The notes beneath the pieces were generated by a model. That model searched no databases and was not told where the DNA came from. It saw nothing but the letters and a program-made list of their open reading frames with translations. A program made the position numbers and the translations under genes. A stretch of DNA of 63,864 nt, filler included, from Folioceros fuciformis (lineage: Eukaryota), in the NCBI GenBank assembly GCA_049999805.1. It is 6 parts of 6 records of this genome, joined end to end, with 100 filler letters (N's around TTAATTAATTAA, not from the genome) between each part and the next. Parts side by side here need not be neighbours in the genome. Positions count along the whole stretch, not along the records: positions 50,136 to 58,108 come from JBNGIO010006361.1; positions 58,209 to 62,664 come from JBNGIO010006364.1; positions 62,765 to 63,864 come from JBNGIO010006517.1; 3 more parts are not named here. One strand, 5' to 3'. Of the stretch, positions 53,101 to 63,864 are shown one piece after another. Within the stretch, counting starts at the first letter, position 1, and each line of letters starts with the position of its first letter.

Positions 53101-55358
53101 ACGGTACGCACGTATTGAGCAACCCAGTGGTCTAGCTGACCTGCAGTCTCTGCATGCTCGTCGTCATAAGGATCGTCATCTGAAGACGCTATTGAAATGT
53201 CATCATTTGGATCGTGTTTCTGCAGAGCGTGTTCTTCATCTTCATCATCGTTGACGTTCCGAAGACGTCGAATGAATTCTTGGAAGCGTAGGTCGCCCTT
53301 GATGTCTCCTTAGCACTGTTAGGCTTTACCGTTTTTTTGGGACAGGCACTTTCATCAGCCCCAGAAAGCCAGATCCGCACTACTTCATCGTCAGAAACCT
53401 CTGAATCATGATCCTCTGCCAGATTAAGTGTCCGGCTCCTCCAGAGGAATAGAGCATCTATCTCTTGTGGAGTTGCAATTTCATGTAGAGCATATTTGTT
53501 TACGAGCGTCTGCAATAAGAGATGGCGTAACGGTCAAAAACATCGACACCCTACAGCCCCAACAGTAGGCATGCATTCAGGCAAACAAGCTCGCACTAAC
53601 TGCATACGTTGTCAAGTTTCTGACTCAGGCTTACCAAGCGAAGAAAGTGCACATATTTTCTTTGGATCTCTCGCATTGGTTGCTGAGCCGCATCCACAGC
53701 CACTCTGAGGGCTTGATGCAGGTCATGATCCAAAGATTTTTTTTCTCGCTGCTGCCGCCGAAGGTGCGACAGGCTCCTGAGCTTCAGTCCTTCATGTTTG
53801 CTCTGACCTCCTAAGCGAATCAGGCTCTTCTCATGCTCATAGATGCCTTCTAGGAACTGATCCAGCGCGTGATTCGTATAGCAAACCACCAGAATTGGGC
53901 CAGATACATTTTGCAGACTACGTGTACTACCAGCTGCACCTCTCCTAATGGGCTCGCAGATTTGCTGCTTTACATTGGCTAGCAGCGTCCTGACTAACAA
54001 CAGGCCCACGAATGTTTTTCCTGTGCCCGGAGGTCCTTGAATCAGGGCAAGCTCCTTGGTGAGTGCATACTTGAGGACCTCTTTCTGGCTCTCGGCCAGA
54101 GTACCCATCTCCCTGTCTGGCCAGGTTCCCAGTACATCAAATGCATCTCGGCCCCCCTCCCCCACCATCTGAGGAAACACGCTGCTGAAATTATATACCC
54201 CTTTCTGAGGCCTTCTCGCTAAATAGCTAGGTGGATCAATCCTTTCCTCCAAAGCAATCAAATGCTTGGCGAAAGCTAGCTGTTGGCACATGTCTTCGGT
54301 CTGTAGGCTCTTGAGAACATTAGAATATGGTTCAAAAAAGGCAGGTGATTCCACCATGACAAAGCTCTGTCTTGGTCCAAACCATGGGAAAAGTGACTGC
54401 TCTGATGTTCTTTCAGTATTTGTTGAGCTTTTTGAAGCTTCTGGGCTTGGTAGAATGCGGATGGTAAGGACACCCCTTGCAAGGTCCGTCACATTACGGA
54501 TAGCCACCAAGCCCCAGAAATGTGTGGCAAAGTTATCCTCTGAGAAACATAGTAATGAACCAAGCATGAACCGTTTGGATGTTTCCCACGAAGTGCATCC
54601 ACCAACAGAATTTTTGAAGTAGACCTGACAGGAGAACAGTTTCACATAACCTAGTTATCACGCCAGAGCATTTAGTTGGGAACGCGAGACCGTGAGAACA
54701 GTCAAGAATTACTGCATTTTTTACCTGATAGCCAATGGATTCTCTGCCGAATACGAAGCCGGGATGAATGCGAACATTCACGTGTATGCCCTCCTGATCG
54801 TGGATGGACCAGGAAGACCTGATGCCAACACCAGGCGGGTGCACGTTGCGGTTTCGGTAGTTGCAGGTTTTCTCTCTCAGAGGCTCAATGTAATCTTCAC
54901 GTAAAAGCTTGAAATTTGTCTCCAGGTACTCGGAGACAGAAGCATACCGCCGGCCAACAAGATTAATAGGAAGAGATCTTTGCAGGATATTAGAAACCAC
55001 CATCTCAGCCTTGGAAGGCAGGATAGGAAGGTGACGATAGTCTTCTCCCTGCGCGACAGACATCAAAAGTGTTCATCAGCACGGCATGTTTGCAACCTAC
55101 TAAAGCACCACGAAAATTGCAGAGGCCATCAAAATTTTCCTCAAATTCCTCCAGCAGACTGACCAGAATTGTGAAGTTAGGAGCTTGTTCGGAGTCAAGA
55201 TCTTGGATGTTGCTGGCTGGGGACTGCTGATGATTAGGATCAATCCAGGAACAGAGCGGGGTTACAGAAACGTTTGATACAATGGCTTGCGATGACTCTG
55301 CACCTCGTTCAAACAGCCCAACGTCAAGCAAATTCAAGATCACGGCATTCAATGTCAA
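50136..55358 (-). CDS. ZNFX1: ZNFX1-like protein: UPF1-like SF1 helicase, NF-X1-type Zn fingers, RING-like region and C-terminal TPR; carries an in-frame TGA and a probable frameshift (possible pseudogene); 3' end cut by gap
   Basis: FKLLREDY, KRFMLGSLLCFS.DNF, QGPPGTGKT, CYTNHALDQFLE, VEEATEVLE, LIGDHQQLRP, SLFERL, QRRMRP, VDGFQGEE, NRVCVALSRAK, repeated CGH.C fingers, C.HIF...GLD.WM, CPQCRTPV...RY. Confidence 0.85.
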
Positions 55359-56952
55359 AGATTAGATTGATTGGGCACACTATATCCCTCACAAATTGGA
55401 CGAAACAAAATGCGTGGAGGAACAAGGATCTCAACCGTTCATCCAGCACAGCACTACGATCACGTCCCAATGGCCCACCTAGGGAGCGTTGCGCACCTGA
55501 CTGAACCTGTCTGCTCCTGAGAGCCTGAGTGTCGCAGGAGCTCCGTGATGTCGAGGCTTCCCCAAAGCTGTCCGGCTTATTTGAGTTCCTCCTCCCCTCT
55601 TTTTCCTTTTTCGTCTCACCTCGTTCATCCACCCTACCACCATCACGTCCCATTCGTCCAATGAGAAAACTTTGCACGCCGGCTGACTGGACCTGGTTCC
55701 ACCTGTGAGCCTGAGGCTCCTCCTTCTTCACACCTGGTTCAGCCAGCGTATCACCATGTCGTCCCAATCGCCCGAAGAGGGAACTTTGGATGCCTGACTG
55801 AACCAGTCTGCTCCTGCGAGCCCGATTCTGTGCTACATCGCAGGAGCTTGACGACGTTGACGCGCCAATGCCATCCAGCTTCACAGATTTCTTCTTCTTG
55901 ACACCCGGAACATCCAGCACACGACCGTCAAGTCCCGACAGCCTACTTAGGGAGCTCTGAGCGCATGACTGAATCGGTGCGCTCGTTTGAGCCCCACTTG
56001 CAGAAGTGTTGTTAGAAATTCGGGAAGACGAGGAGCCAATGCTGTCCTCTCTAGTGGAGTCTTCCTCCGTCTTCTTCTTCTTCTTCTTCTCCTTCACCGA
56101 GGTGCCACTACTTTCAACTCTTCCCGAGCATCGTCCAGTCAAGGCACAAATGCTGTCCAGCACAGTTGACTTCTGCTTCTTCTTTCCGTTCTCGCCCGGT
56201 TCATCCAGCGTTCCACCATAGCGTCCCAATCGCCTACCGAGGAAACTTTGCGCGCCTGACTGAAGTTGTCTGCTCCTGCAAGTCGGAGTTGGTGCAACCA
56301 CGCAGGAGCTTGGAGATGCTGACGCGCCAATTCCCTTCAGCTTACCTGTTATCTTCTTCTTCTTCGCCTTCTTCTTAGCACCCGGGTCATCCAACACACC
56401 ACCATTACGCCCCGACAACCCACCGAGGGAGCTTGGCGCGCTTGACTGAACCTGTGCGCTGGTTTGAGCCCCAATTGCTTCAATTTTGTAGGAGCTTCGA
56501 GAAGTCGAGGCCTCGCCAACGCTGTCCTTTTCAGTAGAATCTAACTTTGTCTTCTTCGGCTTCTTCTTCGTCACCGAGGTGCCAATTCTTTCAACCATTT
56601 CCAAGCATCGTCCATCCTCTGGCAGGTCCGGACACTGATAGGAAACCGAGATCTTCGGAGCGCGTCCAAGGCCAACGAGCTGCCCAATCGTCTGTTGCAG
56701 AGTTACACTGCTGCAGATAACCAAGTCTCGACCGTCTCTGTCTTCGCACTCGAGCTTCACCGCACGGTCGCCAGCACCCACCGGGATGCGAAGATGGGTC
56801 GGCACGAGGCCCGGAATGCTCTCAACCAGTTTACGCCTCAGCTCCGACAAGATGTCTCGAGAAGCTAGATCCACCACCACAGCTGTGGTGCCCATGACCG
56901 TCCCCTTCTTCTTGTGCACAACCTCCAGCCTCACATCCATTCGCGGCTCCAT
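55324..56952 (-). CDS. ORF with PB1-like N-terminus and Lys/Ser/Gly-rich internal repeats; probable 5' exon of the ZNFX1-like gene or a separate gene
   Basis: Open frame of >540 codons; KLECEDRDGRDLVICSSVTLQQTI resembles the PB1 acidic motif; six copies of QSGAQSSLxGRLGRxGGxLDEPG. Confidence 0.55.
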   Translation of the reverse strand: MEPRMDVRLEVVHKKKGTVMGTTAVVVDLASRDILSELRRKLVESIPGLVPTHLRIPVGAGDRAVKLECEDRDGRDLVICSSVTLQQTIGQLVGLGRAPKISVSYQCPDLPEDGRCLEMVERIGTSVTKKKPKKTKLDSTEKDSVGEASTSRSSYKIEAIGAQTSAQVQSSAPSSLGGLSGRNGGVLDDPGAKKKAKKKKITGKLKGIGASASPSSCVVAPTPTCRSRQLQSGAQSFLGRRLGRYGGTLDEPGENGKKKQKSTVLDSICALTGRCSGRVESSGTSVKEKKKKKKTEEDSTREDSIGSSSSRISNNTSASGAQTSAPIQSCAQSSLSRLSGLDGRVLDVPGVKKKKSVKLDGIGASTSSSSCDVAQNRARRSRLVQSGIQSSLFGRLGRHGDTLAEPGVKKEEPQAHRWNQVQSAGVQSFLIGRMGRDGGRVDERGETKKEKEGRRNSNKPDSFGEASTSRSSCDTQALRSRQVQSGAQRSLGGPLGRDRSAVLDERLRSLFLHAFCFVQFVRDIVCPINLIFDIECRDLEFA

Positions 56953-58208
56953 CGTAGAACAAGGCTCCAAGATCGATTGTGAGCTTCCTCTCCCGACTCT
57001 GGACAACAAGCGCACTGCACTTCCCGAGCTGCTGAAAAGAGGCGCGCGGCGGCTACCTCATCATCGGAGGATTAAGCCATTTAGTTACTCTACCGGTGGT
57101 TTTAACTGGAGGCGATGCGGGTAGTGAAAGTAGGTGGAGCACAGGCCACAGCTTCACTCCCAACAGGCCAACCCAAGGCATCCCGTACCCTGTACTTAGC
57201 CGCCGTTGCCCTCTCATCACATCAAATCCCGCGCGCTTTTCTAGCGGCAAGGACGCAAGATTTGGTGTCTGCATCACAAAGAAGACGCAGAACAGGCATT
57301 CGGTCCCCGGCGCTTCGCCTTTATTGTTTGAAATGAAACAGACGACGGGGCCTGGGCCTGGTTGGCGCTGGGCTCGCTCATAATCTCGTAAGTGCCGGGC
57401 CCCGCCGTCATGGGTGCCACGGAGCCCAGTAGGGAAACATGGACATGACTGTCCACACCGCAACTTCAAGGCCAACAACAATTTGGACGAAGCTAACGTG
57501 AATGAACGAGCATAGTACAGTCGTCCCTCAATAAATGTGACCTGTTGTGACCTGATGGGACTGGGGCATTGGGTAACTTTACGGAGGTCTAACACTTCAG
57601 AATTCAGTCTTTATTTTGGAGAATAAAATATTTAAAATTTATTTAAGTATATTTATATATCATGATATATTATATATAAGTTTTCATATTTTAAATATAT
57701 ATTGAAAATAATTATTTTTAAATAAATATATATTACCCTTATAAATAATTTAATAGTATGTTATGAGTTAGTATAATAGTATATAAATAACTCTAATAAT
57801 AATTAAAAATATTTATAGGGTTGGATTGCAGTGATTAGACGTATCTATTTTCATAAAACGTGTAACATCTAATATTTATAGAAAAATAATATTTAACCTT
57901 ACTCCTCAAATCGGGAGTATCCAAACTCGTAATACTCGTAGAGGTATAACATTTATGGAGGTCATATTTATAAAGAGTTGACTATACATATATAATAAGC
58001 TTGGTCTTCGACTTTCATATATTGTAGCTTTTCTTTAACAGAGAGTTTTTATTGCTCTACAACGTGCGTTGGCTAATGCCATATACAGGATGATAATGTT
58101 GGTAGGGGNNNNNNNNNNNNNNNNNNNNNNNNNNNNNNNNNNNNNNNNNNNNTTAATTAATTAANNNNNNNNNNNNNNNNNNNNNNNNNNNNNNNNNNNN
58201 NNNNNNNN

Positions 58209-59860
58209 ACAGCATGGACACGAAGGATGTGGTGACATGGACGGCCCTGATCGCTGGGTATGCACAGCAAGGACTCGGCCAAGAGGCACTTGTTGTGTAT
58301 GGACAAATGGAGGAGGCGGGCCTCGTGGTGGCTAACCATGTTACTTTTGCGTGCCTTTTGAAGGCGTGTGCAAGCACTGGTGCCTTGCAGAAGGGCAGGG
58401 AGCTTCACTCACAGATTGTCCACAGAGGTGTGCTGGATGATGTAGTGGTGGGAAACGGCCTGGTGGACATGTATGCAAAATGTGGTGAGCTGGAATATGC
58501 ACGCCAGGTTTTTGAGAGCATGGCCTCGAAGGATGTGGTGACATGGACGGCCTTTATTGCTGGGTATGCACAGCAAGGACTCGGCCAAGAGGCGCTTGTT
58601 GTGTATGGACAGATGGAGGAGGCAGGCCTCGTTTTGGCTAATGATGTTACTTTTGCTTGCCTTCTGAAGGCGTGTGCAAGCACTGGTGCCTTNNNNNNNN
58701 NNGTTGTGTATGGACAGATGGAGGAGGCAGGCCTCGTTTTGGCTAATGATGTTACTTTTGCTTGCCTTCTGAAGGCGTGTGCAAGCACTGGTGCCTTGCA
58801 GAAGGGCAGGAAGCTGCATTCACAGATTGTAGAGAGAGAACTGCTGGATGATATAGTGGTGGGAAACAGCCTGGTGGACATGTATGCAAAATGTGGTGAG
58901 GTGGAAGATGCACGCCAGGTTTTTGACAGGATGGCCACTAAAGATGTGGTGACATGGAATGCCCTGATCGCTGGGTATGGTGGTTGTGATGAAGGTCGCA
59001 AGGCGCTAGCTTGTTTTGAGGAGATGTTAGCTGCTGGTGTTCAGCCTGACGATTCTACTTTCACTTGCGTTCTAGTAGCATGCAGTCATGGGGGTCTGGT
59101 CCAGGAGGGTCGCAAGCTCTTTGATTCCATGGCTGAAGAGCATGGTGTCATACCTACTGTTGAGCATCACACCTGCATGATTGATCTTCTTGGGCGTGCT
59201 GGCCAATTAGATGAGGCAGAGAGGATGCTATCATCATGTGAGGGCGAAAGTGAGGTGGTGGGTTTGACATCTTTGTTGAATGCCTGCAAAAGTCACGGAG
59301 ATCTAGAGAGGGCTGTGTGGTGTTTTGAAAGCATTGTTAGGCTGGACCCCCAGGAGGCACCTGCCTATGTTCTCATGGCCAATGCCTATGCAGATGCAGG
59401 CAGGTGGACCGATGTAGACAGGATTGAAACACAGAGAAAGGCAGCAGGAGCTAAGAAGAAGCCAGCAGTGGCAACCATTGAGGTGAATAAGGAGGTACAC
59501 AGATTTCTGGTGGGAGAAAGGAGAAAGGATATTGCGCTTAAGTTAGAGAGCACGAATGCGCGTGTGAAGCAGGAAGGAGGCCACGTACCTCACACAAAGT
59601 TGGTGTTGAAGCCACTGAGTGAGAAGGAAAAGGAAGACGTGCTTTGTGGGCATGCTGAGAAGCTGGCTCTGGCGTTTGGTCTGTTGAACACTCCGAATGG
59701 GACACCTCTGATGGTAACCAAGAATCTACGCATGTGCAGTGATTGCCACAGCTCCACGGCGATCATGTCGAGGCTTGAGCAGAGAGACATTGTTGTGAGG
59801 GATGGGTACCGTGTGCATCGATTCGCAAATGGTTGTTGCAGTTGTAAGGGTCGACCATGA
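58209..59860 (+). CDS. PLS PPR plus E plus DYW:KP (GRP) protein, C-terminal half
   Basis: P-L-S triplets, KKKPAVATIEV, HAEKLA, CSDCH, CSCKGRP*; close paralogue of 12-956. Confidence 0.92.
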
Positions 59861-60115
59861 GAAAAATGAAGAAGTGAGTGTAGCCAGTGCCAGGCGGATT
59901 CCTAGTGGTGTGCGGATTCTTCTTGGTGGCAAGGACCATTGTTCCCCTAACTAGAAGACGAAGAAGAAGAAGAAGAAGAATTGTATGATCGTGCACTGGA
60001 GGGCATTTCGCTCTGTGGGAGTAGGTACTTCACAACTTTGTAGCAAGCCTAGCATGTTTTCCCTGCATCCCTGCACACTCTGCTTGATGAGCACGTTGTA
60101 CACGTGCTTTGCAGG

Positions 60116-60685
60116 GTCTCCTCAACTCCTTCTCCTTACCAATACTGCCGTATGTATATGATGCTGTACAGTGCGGGTGAAAGCACATTGGTAGCCAGTA
60201 TGCCGAGGAGTATCAAGGCACAAGAGCTTGGCAGTTCACAGGAAGCAGGTGAAACTAGCAACCCCAATCACAATCCAGGCAGTGCGAGGCACAGATCCAG
60301 ACTTTTACTTAACGGCAATTCCTCGTCTAGTTACATCCAGGACCGCGTTGCCGTTTCGGCCTTCAAGATACCAACTGACCCAACTGCGTGATCAGAAACA
60401 GAGACCGTGATACCATGGCTCGCTTGAAATTTCTTGGGATATGTAGCTTGGCAGTCTCCTCAACTCCTTCTCCGTATCAATACTCCCGTGTGTATATGAT
60501 GCTGTACAGTGCAGGTGAAAGGACATTGGCAGCCAGCGTGCCGAGGAGTATCAAGGCACAAGAGCTTGGCAGTTCACAGGAAGCAGGTGAAACTAGCAAC
60601 CCCAATCACAATCCAGGTGACCCAACTGCGTGATCAGAAACAGAGACCGTGATACCATGGCTCGCTTAAAATTTCTTGGGGTATG
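60116..60685. repeat. Local direct duplication with internal deletion
   Basis: ~60116-60278 matches ~60454-60617, and ~60377-60445 matches ~60619-60685. Confidence 0.8.
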
Positions 60686-60982
60686 CACTTAACGTGGACA
60701 AGCCTTAGATGAAATTCTTGTTTTTTCTTATGGCGGCTGACAAGCAATTAACTGTTTTGTACATCTAAACTGAAACATAAAGTTACTACCCAATATCCGC
60801 AGCTCCAACCGCTCCAACAGCCCACAGGCACTATAGGACGGCTCACCCCTTCAGGCAGGACGGCTCACGTTCACCCCTTCAGGCTGCTGTGCTCGTACAT
60901 ACATACGTACAGTGTACCCGGCCGGGAATCTGCCTAGACGAGACTTTTGTGAGAGTCAACTTCGGACAGCAGTCCCTGAAAG

Positions 60983-62664
60983 ATGGCCACAGTATGGCAA
61001 CCGGACCTGTTGTTGACCCAACAAATTGGAATTGGTGTGTGTACAACGACTCTACCAGGAACCCCCGCTCTCCTCAGCTTCGGGAGTGAACCCTTTGCAA
61101 ACAAAGCCTCCAGCTGCAGCATTGTCAGGAACCCAGCACTTCCACCTCCGAGCACGAGAACGTGTGTGGGCAGGGACGGGTTTTCCGACGATGCTGGTAG
61201 TTGCCAGGAGCAGGAGGAGCACTTGTGGCAACAACTTTTTCTGGACCCTACCATGTGGTGGGATAACAGACGAGACAAGAAGAGCTCCCGTTCCCCTCAC
61301 TTCCGGCGTAAGGGGTCCGGCGAGGTGCTGTGGTTGGACAACAGGTTTAAGCCAGCTTGGGTTGATGAGCAGCTCGTCTCCTTGGATATGCAGATGGGTC
61401 TCGGTTCCTCTGCTTCCAACTTGAGCTCTCCAGATTATCCTGAACCTGGAAGGCGTACAGGTGGTGAAATGGGCTCCAGGGGCAGCAGTGTAAGAAACCC
61501 AGCACTTCCACATCCAATGGGCCATGGAGTCTCTTCTTTCGAGTGCAGCTCTGTGTATAAGCGTGGATCTGGCAGGCGTGCAGAATTGGAAACGGGCGTC
61601 GTAAGTGCTGCAACCGTGAGCATGTTATGTCATCAGGGGAAGCTTTCTGAGGCAGTTAGAGCCCTGGAATCTCTGGTGCAGTCAGGCTCTGGCGTTTCTC
61701 AGTCTCTGTTTTACACAGTGTTAAAACTCTGTACAGCTAAGAAGGATTTGGTGGTGGGGCGACGAGTTCATGATCTCACAGTCAAACTTGGGTACGAGTC
61801 GAATGCATATTTGGGGAACCATATCTTGCGCATGTATGCATGTGGAGGTAGGCTAAAGGAGGCGATGGATGTGTTCAACAGGGTAGGGAAACCGGATGTC
61901 TTCATGTGGTTTTCCATAATCTCTGCACATGCTAAGCACGGGAAGCCGAAGGAGGCCATACAACTGTACCATGAAATGCGTAGGTCAGAAGTGAAGGCGG
62001 ATGGTTATGTCTTTGTAGCCGCCCTTCAAGCTTGTGCATTTGCTGCCGACCTAGAATCTGGCAGAACAGTGCACCGCGACGTGTTGCGCAGTGGCTTCCG
62101 TACTGACTTGTTTGTTAACAACTGCTTGGTGGACATGTATGCAAAATGTGGCCGAATGAAAGATGCACGCCAGGTTTTTGACAGCATGGACACGAAGGAT
62201 GTGGTGACATGGACGGCCCTGATCGCTGGGTATGCACAGCAAGGACTCGGCCAAGAGGCACTTGTTGTGTATGGACAAATGGAGGAGGCGGGCCTCGTGG
62301 TGGCTAACCATGTTACTTTTGCGTGCCTTTTGAAGGCGTGTGCAAGCACTGGTGCCTTGCAGAAGGGCAGGGAGCTTCACTCACAGATTGTCCACAGAGG
62401 TGTGCTGGATGATGTAGTGGTGGGAAACGGCCTGGTGGACATGTATGCAAAATGTGGTGAGCTGGAATATGCACGCCAGGTTTTTGAGAGCATGGCCTCG
62501 AAGGATGTGGTGACATGGACGGCCTTTATTGCTGGGTATGCACAGCAAGGACTCGGCCAAGAGGCGCTTGTTGTGTATGGACAGATGGAGGAGGCAGGCC
62601 TCGTTTTGGCTAATGATGTTACTTTTGCTTGCCTTCTGAAGGCGTGTGCAAGCACTGGTGCCTT
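60983..62664 (+). CDS. PLS PPR protein N-terminal half with an OSB-type (PDF-like) motif; continues into the sequence at 58209
   Basis: LWQQLFLDPTMWWDNRRDKKSSRSPHFRRKGSGEVLWLD...PAWVDEQL, then PPR motifs; 62181-62664 matches 58209-58692. Confidence 0.88.
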
Positions 62665-62764
62665 NNNNNNNNNNNNNNNNNNNNNNNNNNNNNNNNNNNN
62701 NNNNNNNNTTAATTAATTAANNNNNNNNNNNNNNNNNNNNNNNNNNNNNNNNNNNNNNNNNNNN

Positions 62765-63864
62765 GGCATCGTCCCGCCGTCAATGGGCCCCGGCGTTCGC
62801 CGGGGTGACGGTTTCGGAACTGACAAGTCCTCTTCTATTACCGCTCCCGTAGTAAGGACATCGCAAAGGAAGATTACCGCGCGATCCACCCCACCCGTCA
62901 CCCCGGCGAACGCCGGGGCCTATGGAAGACGGCTCGGCAAATCGTGTCACGGAGCAACGCCGCTTATGCACCGAAAGGCGCAACGTCACCCGTCGATGCG
63001 GCACCCTCCCGCCGTCCATAGGCCCCGGCGTCCGCCGGGATAACAAAACTGGGTGGCAAACGCTCTTCTATCACCGCTCCCGCAGGACGGACATCGCAAA
63101 GGAAGATTGCCGCGCGATCCACCCCACCCGTCACCCCGGCGAACGCCGGGGCCTATGGAAGACGGCTCGGCAAATCGTGTCACGGAGCAACGCCGCTTAT
63201 GCACCGAAAGGCGCAACGTCACCCGTCGAAGCGGCATCGTCCCGCCGTCAATGGGCCCCGGCGTNNNNNNNNNNNNNNNNNNNNNNNNNNNNNNNNNNNN
63301 NNNNNNNNNNNNNNNNNNNNNNNNNNNNNNNNNNNNNNNNNNNNNNNNNNNNNNNNNNNNNNNNGGCATCGTCCCGCCGTCAATGGGCCCCGGCGTTCGC
63401 CGGGGTGACGGTTTCGGAACTGACAAGTCCTCTTCTATTACCGCTCCCGTAGTAAGGACATCGCAAAGGAAGATTACCGCGCGATCCACCCCACCCGTCA
63501 CCCCGGCGAACGCCGGGGCCTATGGAAGACGGCTCGGCAAATCGTGTCACGGAGCAACGCCGCTTATGCACCGAAAGGCGCAACGTCACCCGTCGATGCG
63601 GCACCCTCCCGCCGTCCATAGGCCCCGGCGTCCGCCGGGATAACAAAACTGGGTGGCAAACGCTCTTCTATCACCGCTCCCGCAGGACGGACATCGCAAA
63701 GGAAGATTGCCGCGCGATCCACCCCACCCGTCACCCCGGCGAACGCCGGGGCCTATGGAAGACGGCTCGGCAAATCGTGTCACGGAGCAACGCCGCTTAT
63801 GCACCGAAAGGCGCAACGTCACCCGTCGAAGCGGCATCGTCCCGCCGTCAATGGGCCCCGGCGT
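62765..63864. repeat. GC-rich tandem array (468-bp unit made of two ~234-bp subunits) of paired inverted hairpins, REP/BIME-like
   Basis: ccgtcaccccggcgaacgccggggcctatgg (62895) and inverted partners (62781, 63016); unit start recurs at 62765 and 63233; block duplicated at 63365-63864. Confidence 0.85.

Noticed and set aside
50136-62664. ZNFX1 and PPR-DYW:KP as a physically linked RNA-defence/editing cluster
   Set aside because: They are separated by an artificial linker at 58109-58208, so adjacency is unproven.
62765-63864. CRISPR array or protein-coding repeat
   Set aside because: Spacers are themselves repeated and the hairpins alternate in orientation; the ORFs are GC-rich shadows.

Overview
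Eukaryotic nuclear DNA from a non-flowering land plant, most likely a hornwort. That is inferred from PPR proteins ending in the GRP-type DYW:KP domain and a WW-type PPR. The window is not one contiguous locus: five N-flanked TTAATTAATTAA six-frame-stop linkers join six separate pieces. Piece 1 (1-27484) is gene-rich: a GRP-type PPR-DYW:KP gene, a coiled-coil RING gene, a long inverted-repeat element, ycf33, a KNS3-like gene, plastid RPL35, DUSP12/YVH1, a WW-type PPR gene, two satellites and a Yippee gene. Pieces 2-3 (27585-50035) are nested, decayed Ty1/copia elements plus a PHD-finger Ty3/gypsy-like element. Piece 4 (50136-58108) is a ZNFX1-like SF1 helicase/NF-X1/RING-like gene with a TPR tail, a PB1-like repeat ORF upstream, and at least two frame lesions. 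Piece 5 (58209-62664) is a circularly permuted GRP-type PPR-DYW:KP gene carrying an OSB-type ssDNA-binding motif. Piece 6 (62765-63864) is a GC-rich REP/BIME-like array that looks bacterial. The most interesting leads are the OSB-motif/PPR/DYW:KP fusion, the plant ZNFX1-TPR gene, apparent WW/KP domain swapping on related PPR arrays, and the PHD-gypsy LTR found twice inside copia RT domains. All family assignments come from motif recognition; no database searches were run.
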